Source: an uncultured Oligoflexia bacterium
GTDB lineage: Bacteria; Bdellovibrionota; UBA1018; CAYHWW01
DNA length: 64,000 nucleotides
Assembly: GCA_964475985.1 (NCBI GenBank)
Contig: CAYYYP010000014.1
Span: 5,686-69,685 of the forward strand
Reading direction: 5' to 3'
In this document: in pieces, positions 39,291 through 49,407 of the stretch
How the letters are laid out: every line of letters starts with the position of its first letter
How positions within the stretch are numbered: position 1 is the first letter of the stretch
Position numbers and translations under genes: made by a program
The notes under the pieces: model-generated
What the model was told of the DNA's origin: nothing
Seen by the model: only the letters and a program-made list of their open reading frames with translations
Database searches by the model: none

Positions 39291-40367
39291 TTAAAGACCA
39301 CCTTTCATACGATATCGCTTGAGCGCCGTCACGACCGATCTTGTGAAAGTGTCCCGAAATTGCAAATTCATGAGACGTTCCCGATCGTTTTTATTGGAAA
39401 GAAAGCCCATTTCCATCAGCACCGAAGGCATGGCGACTTGGGAGAGTACATAGAAAAAGGCCTGCTTTACGCCGCGGTCTTTCACCACCGCCCCCCGTTC
39501 GATGCGCCCTAGCTCTTGTTGAACATAGGCCGCAAACAACGCACTTCTTTGGATGAATTTCTGCTGTTCAAGATCAACGAAAATTTTGTTCAGGTCCGTT
39601 GAAACGGAAGTGACTCCAGTTGAGTGCGTAAGCCACTCTTTATTTTCCGCCAGCGCCGTTTTTTTAGAGTCATGGTCGGTGGCTTCGGGACTTAAGATGA
39701 AAGTTTCTGCGCCCGAAATCTTTACATCATCGGCATGATTGACGTGAATGCTAATAAAAAGCCCGCCCTTCTGGCGATTCGCAAGCCTAGCCCGCTCCGG
39801 CAACGACACGAATCGATCTTGGGTGCGGGTCAGGTGGATTTTAACTTCCGGCATTTCCGTTTCTAAGCGCTCCTTGAGTGCCATGGCATAAATCAGGGAA
39901 ATGTCTTTCTCCTTATGGCTTTTTGAAGAAGTACCGAAATCATGGCCCCCGTGGCCTGGGTCAATAATAATAATTTTGAGGTCATGCCGTCCGGCATCCT
40001 CTATGGCCTCGGCGGCGACGCCGGTGGAGGGTTTCAATAATAAATATTGGGTCAAGAGTTCAGCGGTTGGTTCGCTGATGCGGTAGCCGTTTGGCGTACT
40101 TAAGACATCGCCAAAATCCCAAAAACCATCATAGAGCGCAATTTTAACGACCGGAGAAAGTACTGCCTGCTTTCCGTAGCGTGGGTTTTGCACGATTACT
40201 TTCTGTTTCTCCCAGTTATGGAGAACTTCGCAACCTGCGCGCTTACAAAAGGCCCTTAAATTTAAATAGGTGACTGGCCGTCCCTGTGTCACCGCCGCTA
40301 AGGCAACTTTACCGGCCAGGCCTAAAACTAAGATAAAAATGGAGATGCAAAATTTCATGGATGCCAA
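39291..40367 (-). CDS. N-acetylmuramoyl-L-alanine amidase (Amidase_3, AmiC-like)
   Basis: Signal peptide, N-terminal AMIN-like region, catalytic IIIDPGHGGHDFG and ISIHVNH motifs. Confidence 0.8.
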   Translation of the reverse strand: MASMKFCISIFILVLGLAGKVALAAVTQGRPVTYLNLRAFCKRAGCEVLHNWEKQKVIVQNPRYGKQAVLSPVVKIALYDGFWDFGDVLSTPNGYRISEPTAELLTQYLLLKPSTGVAAEAIEDAGRHDLKIIIIDPGHGGHDFGTSSKSHKEKDISLIYAMALKERLETEMPEVKIHLTRTQDRFVSLPERARLANRQKGGLFISIHVNHADDVKISGAETFILSPEATDHDSKKTALAENKEWLTHSTGVTSVSTDLNKIFVDLEQQKFIQRSALFAAYVQQELGRIERGAVVKDRGVKQAFFYVLSQVAMPSVLMEMGFLSNKNDRERLMNLQFRDTFTRSVVTALKRYRMKGGL

Positions 40368-40390
40368 ATAATATCACTCATCATACTTGA

Positions 40391-41296
40391 ATGGTTATGA
40401 ACCACGAAACGAGTTCTGCGTTAAATCGAAAAGAAATTTCGACTCTCCTAGACCATCCGGATGTGGATGATCTGATTCGGCTCGCCTTAAAGGAAGATGG
40501 CATTCAGAACGACCTCACGACGGCGTGCTGCGATAAGTCTGCGGATCTTACAACTGCTAGAGTTGTGGTAAAATCGCCCACGGTAATTGCGGGCGGGCCA
40601 CTAGTTGCCAGGGTTTTGAAAGCTGCCGGTGTATCTGACGTACAAATTGCTTTTCACCTCGAGGAAGGCCACTGGGTTGACACAAATTCGGTAAGCCCTG
40701 CGCCCGTATGGTTTGAGCTTAAGGGTCCCATGGCCCAATTGCTGAAAACGGAACGTACCATCCTGAACTTCCTGATTCGTATTTGCGGCATCGCCACCGT
40801 TACTCAACGCATCGTAAAAGATATTTCTGAAACTTCATGCCGTTTGTTGCACACCCGTAAAACTGCGCCTGGCCATAGGAGAACGGACATCTACGCTTGT
40901 CTCATGGGCGGTGCACATCCTCATCGACGCAGCCTCGATGACGCAATTCTGGTGAAGGAAAATCACATTCGAAGTTCGTCCTCCTGGCAAACCCTTGGCG
41001 ATGGCATTGAGAAAAATCGCAAGCTTGCCCGCTTTGTCGAAATTGAAGTCACGAATATGATGGAGCTCAAACACGCCCTAGCCCTCAAACCGGACCGCAT
41101 CATGCTCGATAATTTTTCGATAAAAGAAATTGAAAAGGCAGTGCTGCTTTTTGGTTCGGCAGTTGAGCTCGAAGCTTCGGGCGGCATCAACGCCACCAAT
41201 GCGCGAGAATATGCGTTAACTGGCGTAGATTACATTTCCTTGGGTTCTTTGACGCATTCGGCACCGGCGGCTGATCTCTCCATGCTTTTTTTGTAG
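40391..41296 (+). CDS. nadC: nicotinate-nucleotide pyrophosphorylase (quinolinate phosphoribosyltransferase)
   Basis: QAPRT N- and C-terminal domain pattern, C-terminal GGINATNAREYALTGVDYISLGSLTHS. Confidence 0.85.
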   Translation: MVMNHETSSALNRKEISTLLDHPDVDDLIRLALKEDGIQNDLTTACCDKSADLTTARVVVKSPTVIAGGPLVARVLKAAGVSDVQIAFHLEEGHWVDTNSVSPAPVWFELKGPMAQLLKTERTILNFLIRICGIATVTQRIVKDISETSCRLLHTRKTAPGHRRTDIYACLMGGAHPHRRSLDDAILVKENHIRSSSSWQTLGDGIEKNRKLARFVEIEVTNMMELKHALALKPDRIMLDNFSIKEIEKAVLLFGSAVELEASGGINATNAREYALTGVDYISLGSLTHSAPAADLSMLFL

Positions 41297-41305
41297 AGGG
41301 ACCTA

Positions 41306-42079
41306 ATGAAAGTTTCCCATTTGCATTTTGAACAATGTGTTTCCACCAACGATCTCGCTTTTGAAAATGGTCCAAGCTTACTCGCTAGGGAACATTCAAA
41401 TGCCCTCATCGTCACGGCGGATGAGCAAACAAAAGGGCGTGGCCGGCAGGGCAGACAATGGGAATCCAAAAAAACTGGAAATATTTATTGCTCAGTTTTT
41501 CTTAAGGGTGAAACCGTGCAAATTCCGCCGGCCTGGATTCCGTTGGCGGCGGGCGTTGCCACGCTGTCCGCCATGGAAGAAAATATCAAAAATTTTCAAA
41601 CGCTGAATTTAGACGCCTGGCGCATCAAATGGCCAAACGATATTTTGGTACAACACGCGAACACCTCGAAAAAAATTGCCGGCATTCTCTGCGAGTCCAG
41701 GTTCTCAGGGCAATCCTTGCAAAGTTTAGTGGTAGGCTTTGGTTTCAATGTTTTCCATTCACCAACCCCAGAGTCCGCATGCCTCGCCGATGTTTTAGCT
41801 GCCGATGGCGTAGATGCTTCGCGCCAAACGGCCCTGCAGAATTTCGGGGAAAGTTTTCCCCGCCAGTTCAGTGAGCATTTGACCTTCTGGGTACAAACCG
41901 ATTTACCCTCCCTTAAAAAAGCTTGGCTACATTTTGCGCAGTGGGACAAATTTCCGATTTTGAAAACCCATCGCGCCGATGGAAGTATGCTTGAGCTCGA
42001 CCAGCTCACCATCCTAGATGCTGGGGGCATTCAAGGGCGATGCCTCAAAACGAACCAAATTCAGGAGCTACTCTTTTAA
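41306..42079 (+). CDS. birA: biotin-[acetyl-CoA-carboxylase] ligase (class I, no HTH)
   Basis: GRGRQGRQWES motif (BirA GRGRxGRxW), 257 aa. Confidence 0.8.
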   Translation: MKVSHLHFEQCVSTNDLAFENGPSLLAREHSNALIVTADEQTKGRGRQGRQWESKKTGNIYCSVFLKGETVQIPPAWIPLAAGVATLSAMEENIKNFQTLNLDAWRIKWPNDILVQHANTSKKIAGILCESRFSGQSLQSLVVGFGFNVFHSPTPESACLADVLAADGVDASRQTALQNFGESFPRQFSEHLTFWVQTDLPSLKKAWLHFAQWDKFPILKTHRADGSMLELDQLTILDAGGIQGRCLKTNQIQELLF

Positions 42080-43222
42080 GAGATCTTCAATTTCCTTCTT
42101 CAGAAGTTTTTCTGCCATCTTGGGTAGCACTTCACGAATTGCCGAAAGCAGCGCAGTTTCAACACTTTTTTCTACGCTGCGCTGAATCATCTGATGAAAG
42201 CTTTCACTTTCCAACGTGTGCTTGAGTTGTTCCGTCAGAGCGCTTTTAAAATCTGCCGAATTTGTTTCCGAAAGTACGGCGGGCGCCCTTGCGGCAAGGG
42301 GCGCCACCGGTTCAATTTTTTGCGGCGGCTTTAAAAGATTGAGGTCCTCAAGAATGCGGCTTCCACCGGTATCGAAATTCAAAGGAGCGTTAGGTTTAGC
42401 AACGGGTGAAACTTTAGGTTTCACGTTGGGGATGCTCATTCCCGAAACCTGTTTACGCTTTCTTTGGTCATCCAACTGCCAACCACTAAAGCCCGGAACT
42501 TCTTCTGGCTTAACTTCCGCCGGCGGGGAACGTCTTTCCTGAATTTCATCAAGCCCCGTCATCTCAATGGTGGACTGCGTTAAAGATTGGATATCCTCGG
42601 ATGAACCAGAAGCACCCAGGGATGAGCCTTGCAGCGGAGGAAGCGGAGTGGCTTCAGGCGCCGGCATGGATTCAAACATCGGAATCTCAGATTCCAAAGG
42701 CGGGAGCGAATCAAATTCCAATGGGGGTAAAGTCGTTTCCATGGCGTCAGGAATTTCGGACGCTACATTTGTGATATCACCATGAACCGATGCTTCGCCC
42801 TTGGGGGCTAAGGCGGACATTTCGCCAGCCGAGCTTAAAACTTTTCTTAAATGGGCCGGATCAAAGGGTTTGATCAACCTTGCAGAAAGGCCCGCTTGCT
42901 TAGCTTTGCCTTCATCTACTTTTTCAAAAGCACTGTGCAGAAGGATGAACTGCACAAAACCAGAGGCACCATTTTTAGAGGCTTCAAATTCATCAAATTT
43001 AGCTTTGAGTTCAAAGGCGTTTAGGCCCGGTAGATTGATATCCAGCAGCACCAGAAGGGGGTCAGAATTGGCTACTGCATCCTCTAAAATACGCAGGGCG
43101 GCGTCCCCATCCTGCGCAGAGAGAATTTCATAATTCTCGTTTTGGCTCGCATTGGATAGGGCGAGTTTGATGACTTTCTGAATTGTTACGCTGTCATCCG
43201 CTACAAGGAGCTTCTTGCCCAT
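42068..43222 (-). CDS. response regulator: receiver domain, long Pro/Glu-rich linker and conserved C-terminal helical region (RomR-like architecture)
   Basis: REC motifs LLVADDS...LLVLLDINLPGLNAFEL...K. About 150 aa of low-complexity Pro/Glu/Ser linker, then a C-terminal alpha-helical segment. Confidence 0.6.
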   Translation of the reverse strand: MGKKLLVADDSVTIQKVIKLALSNASQNENYEILSAQDGDAALRILEDAVANSDPLLVLLDINLPGLNAFELKAKFDEFEASKNGASGFVQFILLHSAFEKVDEGKAKQAGLSARLIKPFDPAHLRKVLSSAGEMSALAPKGEASVHGDITNVASEIPDAMETTLPPLEFDSLPPLESEIPMFESMPAPEATPLPPLQGSSLGASGSSEDIQSLTQSTIEMTGLDEIQERRSPPAEVKPEEVPGFSGWQLDDQRKRKQVSGMSIPNVKPKVSPVAKPNAPLNFDTGGSRILEDLNLLKPPQKIEPVAPLAARAPAVLSETNSADFKSALTEQLKHTLESESFHQMIQRSVEKSVETALLSAIREVLPKMAEKLLKKEIEDLLKE

Positions 43223-43491
43223 CTAAATATTAGTATTTCACCGATGACTCAGTCGCGTCAACCAAGTATTATGAAACTGAGACTTTGCAGGATGGAGACA
43301 AGATAAAACTTCGAACCCGACAACTGAATCCAAGGGAGCTGACACTGACAATGGTGTGCAAGCCTGTAAAACCAGGAAGCCTAAAGTTGTTATTTGGTAC
43401 CCACGTTATTACCTTGGGTTCGAGTTTACGGTCTCAGAAATGCAAAGTCTCACTTTTCCTTTAGGGAAAAGGAAACACATGGAGGTGTTTA

Positions 43492-44196
43492 GTGAGTGCC
43501 AACGGTAATTCAAACTCTCAGGCCGGTCCAAACCGGCGGGGCCATGCCCCCCTTGATTTTTCCTGGGTCCATGAACTTGCAAAAAATGAGGTGAGGCCCG
43601 AAGAAGCGAACATCTTCAACCGCGTCAATCAGTTTGACCCGCGCCAACTCATTGAAGAATCCACCATCGAATTCTTGGAAGAGCTTCGTGACTTGTTCAC
43701 CATGAACATCAAAGTTTTCAACAACTACAGCGAAAACAACACGAAGTTCAGCGAAATTAAAATTTACGGTATTTCCCAAACTCCCGCCGATTTCATGCTT
43801 TTCCGGAATAATACTAAATTAGTTTTTTCAAATTCAGCGCACGGCATCATTTCTGCCGTATTTTCGCAACATTCCGGCGCCCAGAACGACAGCGCGAGAG
43901 GAACGTCAAAAGACCTGTCCTCCGCATCATCGGGCGGCGCGTTAACGGGTTCATCGGTCCTTCGGGATTCCTATGGCCCTGGGAAAAATCAGCAAGACAT
44001 CATGGCGGAGGTTGGCCCGTTCCTCGATATTCGATGGGCCTTTCAAGGTGAAAGTGTACGACCAGAACGCCTAGTAAAATTTTATTTCATCGAGTTCATA
44101 AAAGCGTCCCGTACCCTGCGCAAGGATAAATCACCGAATCAATTGCTTCTGAAGCAGATCAAGGCCTTGCTCAAGGACGAGGGGCTTGATTTGTGA
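43492..44196 (+). CDS. hypothetical protein
   Basis: 234-aa ORF preceded by a hairpin. No recognisable motif. 3' end overlaps the convergent SDR gene by 66 nt. Confidence 0.3.
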   Translation: MSANGNSNSQAGPNRRGHAPLDFSWVHELAKNEVRPEEANIFNRVNQFDPRQLIEESTIEFLEELRDLFTMNIKVFNNYSENNTKFSEIKIYGISQTPADFMLFRNNTKLVFSNSAHGIISAVFSQHSGAQNDSARGTSKDLSSASSGGALTGSSVLRDSYGPGKNQQDIMAEVGPFLDIRWAFQGESVRPERLVKFYFIEFIKASRTLRKDKSPNQLLLKQIKALLKDEGLDL

Positions 44197-45012
44197 TTCC
44201 TTAACAAACTTTGACGCATTAAGAGAAAAATCGAGAAAGCTTGCCTCTTTGAATGCCCCCTTAGAGGGGATGATGAGTTTTTCATCCAGCCCCAGGGTTT
44301 TGGCCACTTCTAAGCCAAACTCGTAGGTGCTGAGTTTGGTAAGGCCAGATAAACAGAAAATATCGTTTTTGTTTTCGTTAAGAATTGCCCACTCCACTGC
44401 TTCAAGTACAGTTTGTAACGGAGTGAAGGAATGATGTTCATTCTCCGGCAACTCGTGGCGTTTCCCCGCTGATAAGTCGGCGCGCAGTTTATCTACGAAC
44501 GAAGGCCGCCAAATGGAACCAACTCCGTAAACTGGCGACATTCGAAAAATGGTATGCATCGGCGATTTCGTGCGGATGTAATTTTCTCCGGCAATTTTTG
44601 AGCGCCCAAGATTGGTCTCCGTTAAGGGAGTATCCGTTTCCGTATAATTACCTCGCTTCCCATCGTAAATATAAGCGGTCGAGAGATAAATATAACGATG
44701 AGGAACGGCCTCGGCGGCGGAGCCGAAAAAAACGGCGCCTAAACCATGGACGGTATCCGCGATCTGGGGCTTCAGATGACATTCCATAATGTCTTGCAAA
44801 CCTGCGGCATAAACAATCGCATCCGGACGCAGCGCCGTAAAAAGCCGTTTCACGAAATCGCGGTCATCAAAGCTATAAACAAAGCGACTAGTGCCATGAA
44901 AATGAATCATTTGACGCCGAAACAGAGCGACGACTTTATGCCGCTTTTTGAGATGAAGCACGAGGTTGGAACCGAGGAAACCCGTGGCTCCGACCACTAC
45001 GATAGTACTCAT
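44131..45012 (-). CDS. NAD(P)-dependent epimerase/dehydratase family (SDR) protein
   Basis: Start placed at the ATG at 45012, giving MSTIVVVGATGFLGSNL (Rossmann GxxGxxG). The longer listed ORF, to 45183, is probably an over-extension. Confidence 0.65.
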   Translation of the reverse strand: MSTIVVVGATGFLGSNLVLHLKKRHKVVALFRRQMIHFHGTSRFVYSFDDRDFVKRLFTALRPDAIVYAAGLQDIMECHLKPQIADTVHGLGAVFFGSAAEAVPHRYIYLSTAYIYDGKRGNYTETDTPLTETNLGRSKIAGENYIRTKSPMHTIFRMSPVYGVGSIWRPSFVDKLRADLSAGKRHELPENEHHSFTPLQTVLEAVEWAILNENKNDIFCLSGLTKLSTYEFGLEVAKTLGLDEKLIIPSKGAFKEASFLDFSLNASKFVKESQIKPLVLEQGLDLLQKQLIR

Positions 45013-45171
45013 AGATTTAATGGTAATCGAGGTGGGAAAGACAAGGAAGGGGAGAGGATGGAAATCTAGACCGTCCGGCAATGGCAACGGGAAGGTGACC
45101 TCGGCAATTTTGTACCTCCGGAAATTTGGCGTACCTATAGAAATGCGCATTCGTTGCCGATTCGTAATCAA

Positions 45172-45798
45172 ATGCGCCACCAAGGTTTTCGCATCCTACT
45201 TAAAAAAATCAGTTTTACTACCAGCTGGCTATTGCTCATTGGAGTGGGGTTTTGGAAACTGTTGATTTATTCCAGCGTCCCGGGCAACCCAGCTCAAATA
45301 ATTCCGAGGTGGCCGATGGATGCAACTACGGTACGCGATCCGGCGTCACCTACTTTAGTTATCTTTGCCCATCCTAGATGTCCTTGCTCGGCAGCGACAA
45401 TTGGGGAATTAGAACGCCTCATTCCGCACATTGAAGGCAAGGTAAAAACCTACGTCGTCTTTTTCAAACCAAAGTCCCAAACGAATGATTGGACTCAGAA
45501 AACTCTCTGGAAAAAGGCCCAAAATATTCCCGGCGTGCAAAATATCCTTGATGAAGACGGTGTGGAGGCCGCTAGATTCGGTGCTAGAACTTCGGGGCAT
45601 GCTTTTCTCTACGATGAAAAAGGATCCCTGGTGTTTCAGGGGGGAATTACTCCGGCCCGTGGCCATATGGGCGATAGCGTCGGAAGGCTGGCAATCTTAG
45701 CGTTCTTTAAAAACGAATCCATGAGGGTAGCTAATGTGCCCGTGTTTGGATGTGCACTTAACAATCCTGAACGTGCCATTGCGGGAGAAACCCCATGA
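45172..45798 (+). CDS. membrane-anchored protein with thioredoxin-like HPRCPCS motif, hypothetical
   Basis: One N-terminal TM (SWLLLIGVGFWKLLIY). Soluble domain with a CPC redox-like motif. Stop overlaps the histidine kinase start (ATGA). Confidence 0.35.
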   Translation: MRHQGFRILLKKISFTTSWLLLIGVGFWKLLIYSSVPGNPAQIIPRWPMDATTVRDPASPTLVIFAHPRCPCSAATIGELERLIPHIEGKVKTYVVFFKPKSQTNDWTQKTLWKKAQNIPGVQNILDEDGVEAARFGARTSGHAFLYDEKGSLVFQGGITPARGHMGDSVGRLAILAFFKNESMRVANVPVFGCALNNPERAIAGETP

Positions 45799-47807
45799 CA
45801 CCATTCAGGAACGGAGACTTAAAAAGTTTTGAAACAAGATCGGGCGAAATTTTCTCCGCCCGCTACCTGACCTTAGCAAAAAAAACGGATCGACTCTTTG
45901 CCTACCTCTTTATGTTTCAGTGGATGCTGGGAATTCTTTTTGCAATTTTCATCTCTCCCAAAACTTGGTCCGGGGAATCGAGTCAGATTCACATACATGT
46001 TTATTCTGCCATTTTCCTGGGCGGTATTTTGGCATCATTGCCTATATACCTCGCATTTACGAACCCGGGCGCCACATTCAATCGAATGGTGGTAGCCGTT
46101 TCCCAGATTTTATTTTCCGTACTCCTCATCCACCTTACCGGGGGTCGGATTGAAACTCATTTTCATATTTTTGGCTCCCTTGCCTTCTTAGCGATTTACC
46201 GTGATTGGCGACCAGTGCTGATTGGCACGGCGGTTACGGCGATCGATCATCTCGTTCGGGGTGCGCTCTGGCCAGAGTCCGTCTACGGAATTCTAAGCGC
46301 CACGCCATGGCGGGCATTTGAGCACTCGGGCTGGGTCATCTTTGAGGATGTTATCCTCTTTCATTCCATAAAAATTGCACGACAGGAACTAACCTCTATT
46401 TCCGAAAACCAGGTGCACCTCGAGGATCAATCTCAGCAGTTGGCGGTGGAACGAAATCAAGTCAAACTTCTCTTCGATGCGGCGACCATCGCCAATCAAT
46501 CGGAGTCCACGGATGTCGCCATCCAAAAAATGCTTGATCTGATCTGTAAATATTCGGGTTGGCCCATGGGCCATGCGTTTGTCTTTCCGGAAACGGGATC
46601 AACCCTGGTTTCTTCTAAACTCTGGTATTTAAGCGAACCCGAACGTTTTAGAATATTTCGTGAAGCAACCGAAGGTATTTCCTGCAAACCTGGCGAAGGT
46701 TTACCGGGCCAAGTTTTCCTTGAGGCAAAACCCAAATGGATAACCGTGGTGGTCAATGATCAAAACTTCCTGCGGACTCAGGTTGCCGTGGAAATCGGCA
46801 TTCACTCAGCCTTTGCCTTTCCCCTTCTAGCCCAAGAAAAAGTAGTCGCGGTGCTTGAATTTTTCTCTGAGGAAGTCATCGAAAAAAATGAAATGCTGAT
46901 CGAAACCGTAGCGCATATTGGGCGACAGCTGGGCCAGGTTTTTGAACGAACGAGATCACGCAGTTCCTTGCAAAGCGCGCATGACTCCATATCGGAACTC
47001 AATCAGTCACTTGAGACGAAAGTCTTGGAGCGAACGAAGGAGCTTGAGGATTCAAAACAACTAGTCCTCAGCCAACAACAGACTCTCCTCGTTAACTCAA
47101 AAATGTCTGCCCTTGGGGAAATGGCTGGCGGCATCGCCCATGAAATCAATACCCCGCTGACGATCGTCAGCCTTTTGTCTGCCCAAATGGAAAAAGTGAT
47201 GGCCGACGAAGTCCCGGACAAAAAACAACTTCAAATGATGATCTCAAAAATTGTCAAAACTACCGAACGCATCGCAAGGATCATACGCGGAATGAGGACC
47301 TTCTCCCGCGACGGTAGTAAAGACAGCTTTCATGCGGTGAATATTAAACAGCTCATCAATGAGACCATCAGCTTCTGCCAGGAACGGTTCAGAAATGATG
47401 GCACCGCGTTGATCCTCGATGAGATTCATGAGTCCATTTTTATTGAGGCACGAGCCACGGAAATTTCTCAAGTACTGCTTAACATCCTGAACAATGCCCA
47501 TGATGCGATTAGCGGTCTGGATCAGAAATGGATCAAAATATCCGTATTTGAACTTGTAGATCAGATAGAGCTTCGCATCACGGATAGTGGATCGGGGGTT
47601 CCGCCGGAGACCCAGAAAAAAATGTTCCAACCGTTTTTCACCACGAAGGAAATCGGTAAAGGTACGGGAATGGGCCTGAGCATCTCTTTAGGCATCGTGA
47701 AAAGTCATGGCGGTGAATTGAATCTAGACCAAAAATGCGAAAATACTTGTTTTTTCATTCGCCTGCCAAAGATCCAAGTTAGGAATGTGCGCGCAAAAGT
47801 TGCCTGA
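45795..47807 (+). CDS. sensor histidine kinase: polytopic membrane N-domain, GAF, HisKA, HATPase
   Basis: About 6 TM helices. GAF-like region. H-box EMAGGIAHEINTPLT. N, G1 and G2 boxes (NAHDA, DSGSGV, GTGMGL). Confidence 0.85.
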   Translation: MTPFRNGDLKSFETRSGEIFSARYLTLAKKTDRLFAYLFMFQWMLGILFAIFISPKTWSGESSQIHIHVYSAIFLGGILASLPIYLAFTNPGATFNRMVVAVSQILFSVLLIHLTGGRIETHFHIFGSLAFLAIYRDWRPVLIGTAVTAIDHLVRGALWPESVYGILSATPWRAFEHSGWVIFEDVILFHSIKIARQELTSISENQVHLEDQSQQLAVERNQVKLLFDAATIANQSESTDVAIQKMLDLICKYSGWPMGHAFVFPETGSTLVSSKLWYLSEPERFRIFREATEGISCKPGEGLPGQVFLEAKPKWITVVVNDQNFLRTQVAVEIGIHSAFAFPLLAQEKVVAVLEFFSEEVIEKNEMLIETVAHIGRQLGQVFERTRSRSSLQSAHDSISELNQSLETKVLERTKELEDSKQLVLSQQQTLLVNSKMSALGEMAGGIAHEINTPLTIVSLLSAQMEKVMADEVPDKKQLQMMISKIVKTTERIARIIRGMRTFSRDGSKDSFHAVNIKQLINETISFCQERFRNDGTALILDEIHESIFIEARATEISQVLLNILNNAHDAISGLDQKWIKISVFELVDQIELRITDSGSGVPPETQKKMFQPFFTTKEIGKGTGMGLSISLGIVKSHGGELNLDQKCENTCFFIRLPKIQVRNVRAKVA

Positions 47808-47874
47808 ACTAAGGCTAGGTGCATTGATTCGACAAGGGGTCCTAGGTTCAGAAGCTCCAAAGAAGAGTTATTTT

Positions 47875-49407
47875 TTACGGCTCTTCGACCACCAGCAACG
47901 TTTCACAGCGTACCCCTCGTCTTGCGTTGTATTCCATCACGGCGTTCGTTGCGGCGAGTTCAAGCTGCTCCTCGGTGCCCCATTCAAACATGTTTGCTTG
48001 ACGCGTTTGACGCGCAATATCATACCGAGCTATGCGACCGGGGATTTCCACGCTAAAAAATCTTTTGAGCTCATGCCGGTAGCGCCGAGTATCAAGCACT
48101 AATCCCGTTGCGGTTAATGCGTAAAACGGCATGGGTGCAAGAGTAGCGAAAGTTGAAGCAACTTGGGCCTTCCAACCTGAAACGACCGTCGCTTGCCTGG
48201 CCACATTGATGAGATGCAAATTGGTGAACATAGCATTGATCACTTCCCACCACGCCCTGGTTTTGCGAGTGGTATTTGTGGAATGAGGCCCGCGCCAAAA
48301 AGCCCTTAATCTTTCGCGGAAATCTTTTTTAAATTCGGTTTTTAAAACAGTTGGATCTTCATTCTGTCGGGCAACACCTTTTTGTCGGCGATTGATCCAT
48401 TCATCGCCAAAGGTGCGGCTAACTAAAGACATCAATGCCGTGGTGAAAGCTACCCCGATCGTACTCGGGGTAAATGCTTGGTCCCAATAAACTGCGATGG
48501 GAACAAAAATAAATGTAGCAAATGAAATCAGAAAACGACTGGTTCGAAAAAAAAGCATGCCCTGCTCTTCCAACCATTGAGGATTGCCGTTGGCATCCCG
48601 GCTTTCTGGCGCATCAATTCCACTGCCCGTATAATTTCCGAGCCAAAGGTTTTTATACATATTGACCCAGATCCACATGGCTAGGACCACACCTCCCGTG
48701 ACGTAATGGATATTTCCCGAATCATGACCTTGCGCTCTTTCCGCCAAACTTTTGACATAAAATGCCACCGCCAAATTAGTGCCACCGATGAGGCTTTGCT
48801 GGTTGGCAAGCTTGATATTATTTTTTCGGTCTTCCGCGGGAAGATCCGTTTCTAAAAATGTCACCCCCGCCGGCAAACCTTCGGGCATTCCAAAAAGCCA
48901 GCGGCTCAATAACCTGGTTCTTTGCGCCACCGTATGGGCATCAACCGGGACAACCTGCGTTCCCGCCAAAGCCTCGGGGGTGGATTCCGCTCCGTAGGCC
49001 AGCCGGAAAGCTTCCGGGTACTGGGCATATCGAGCGACGGACTCTTCAAACTGGCGTGCGTCCAAGAGCTGCGGAGAATTTCCTTTGATTTCAATTTTTG
49101 CTTTCGCCAAATGAGTTCTGATCCAACGCAGTTGCCGAGGCAGGTAATTACCTACATGAACAATGCTAACCCTGGGCCGCTCAGCTGGCGGGAGGTGACC
49201 GTATTTACGCAGATACTGAGTTACAAACTCACGTCCAAAAGAGTCGGCCGCCGCCAGATCTGGAATATTAAAGCCCGCTACAGCGGGGGAAGACGAGGAG
49301 TCTTCGGCCTTAACCTCAAAATCTAAGGCCCCCCAGACCGATAGAAACAAAATCAAACTTAAAACCTTGTGAACCCTTTTAAACCAATGAAAATCAGACA
49401 AGAACAA
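47875..49407 (-). CDS. hypothetical membrane protein
   Basis: N-terminal signal/TM, several internal hydrophobic helices. No recognisable catalytic motif. Confidence 0.35.
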   Translation of the reverse strand: MFLSDFHWFKRVHKVLSLILFLSVWGALDFEVKAEDSSSSPAVAGFNIPDLAAADSFGREFVTQYLRKYGHLPPAERPRVSIVHVGNYLPRQLRWIRTHLAKAKIEIKGNSPQLLDARQFEESVARYAQYPEAFRLAYGAESTPEALAGTQVVPVDAHTVAQRTRLLSRWLFGMPEGLPAGVTFLETDLPAEDRKNNIKLANQQSLIGGTNLAVAFYVKSLAERAQGHDSGNIHYVTGGVVLAMWIWVNMYKNLWLGNYTGSGIDAPESRDANGNPQWLEEQGMLFFRTSRFLISFATFIFVPIAVYWDQAFTPSTIGVAFTTALMSLVSRTFGDEWINRRQKGVARQNEDPTVLKTEFKKDFRERLRAFWRGPHSTNTTRKTRAWWEVINAMFTNLHLINVARQATVVSGWKAQVASTFATLAPMPFYALTATGLVLDTRRYRHELKRFFSVEIPGRIARYDIARQTRQANMFEWGTEEQLELAATNAVMEYNARRGVRCETLLVVEEP

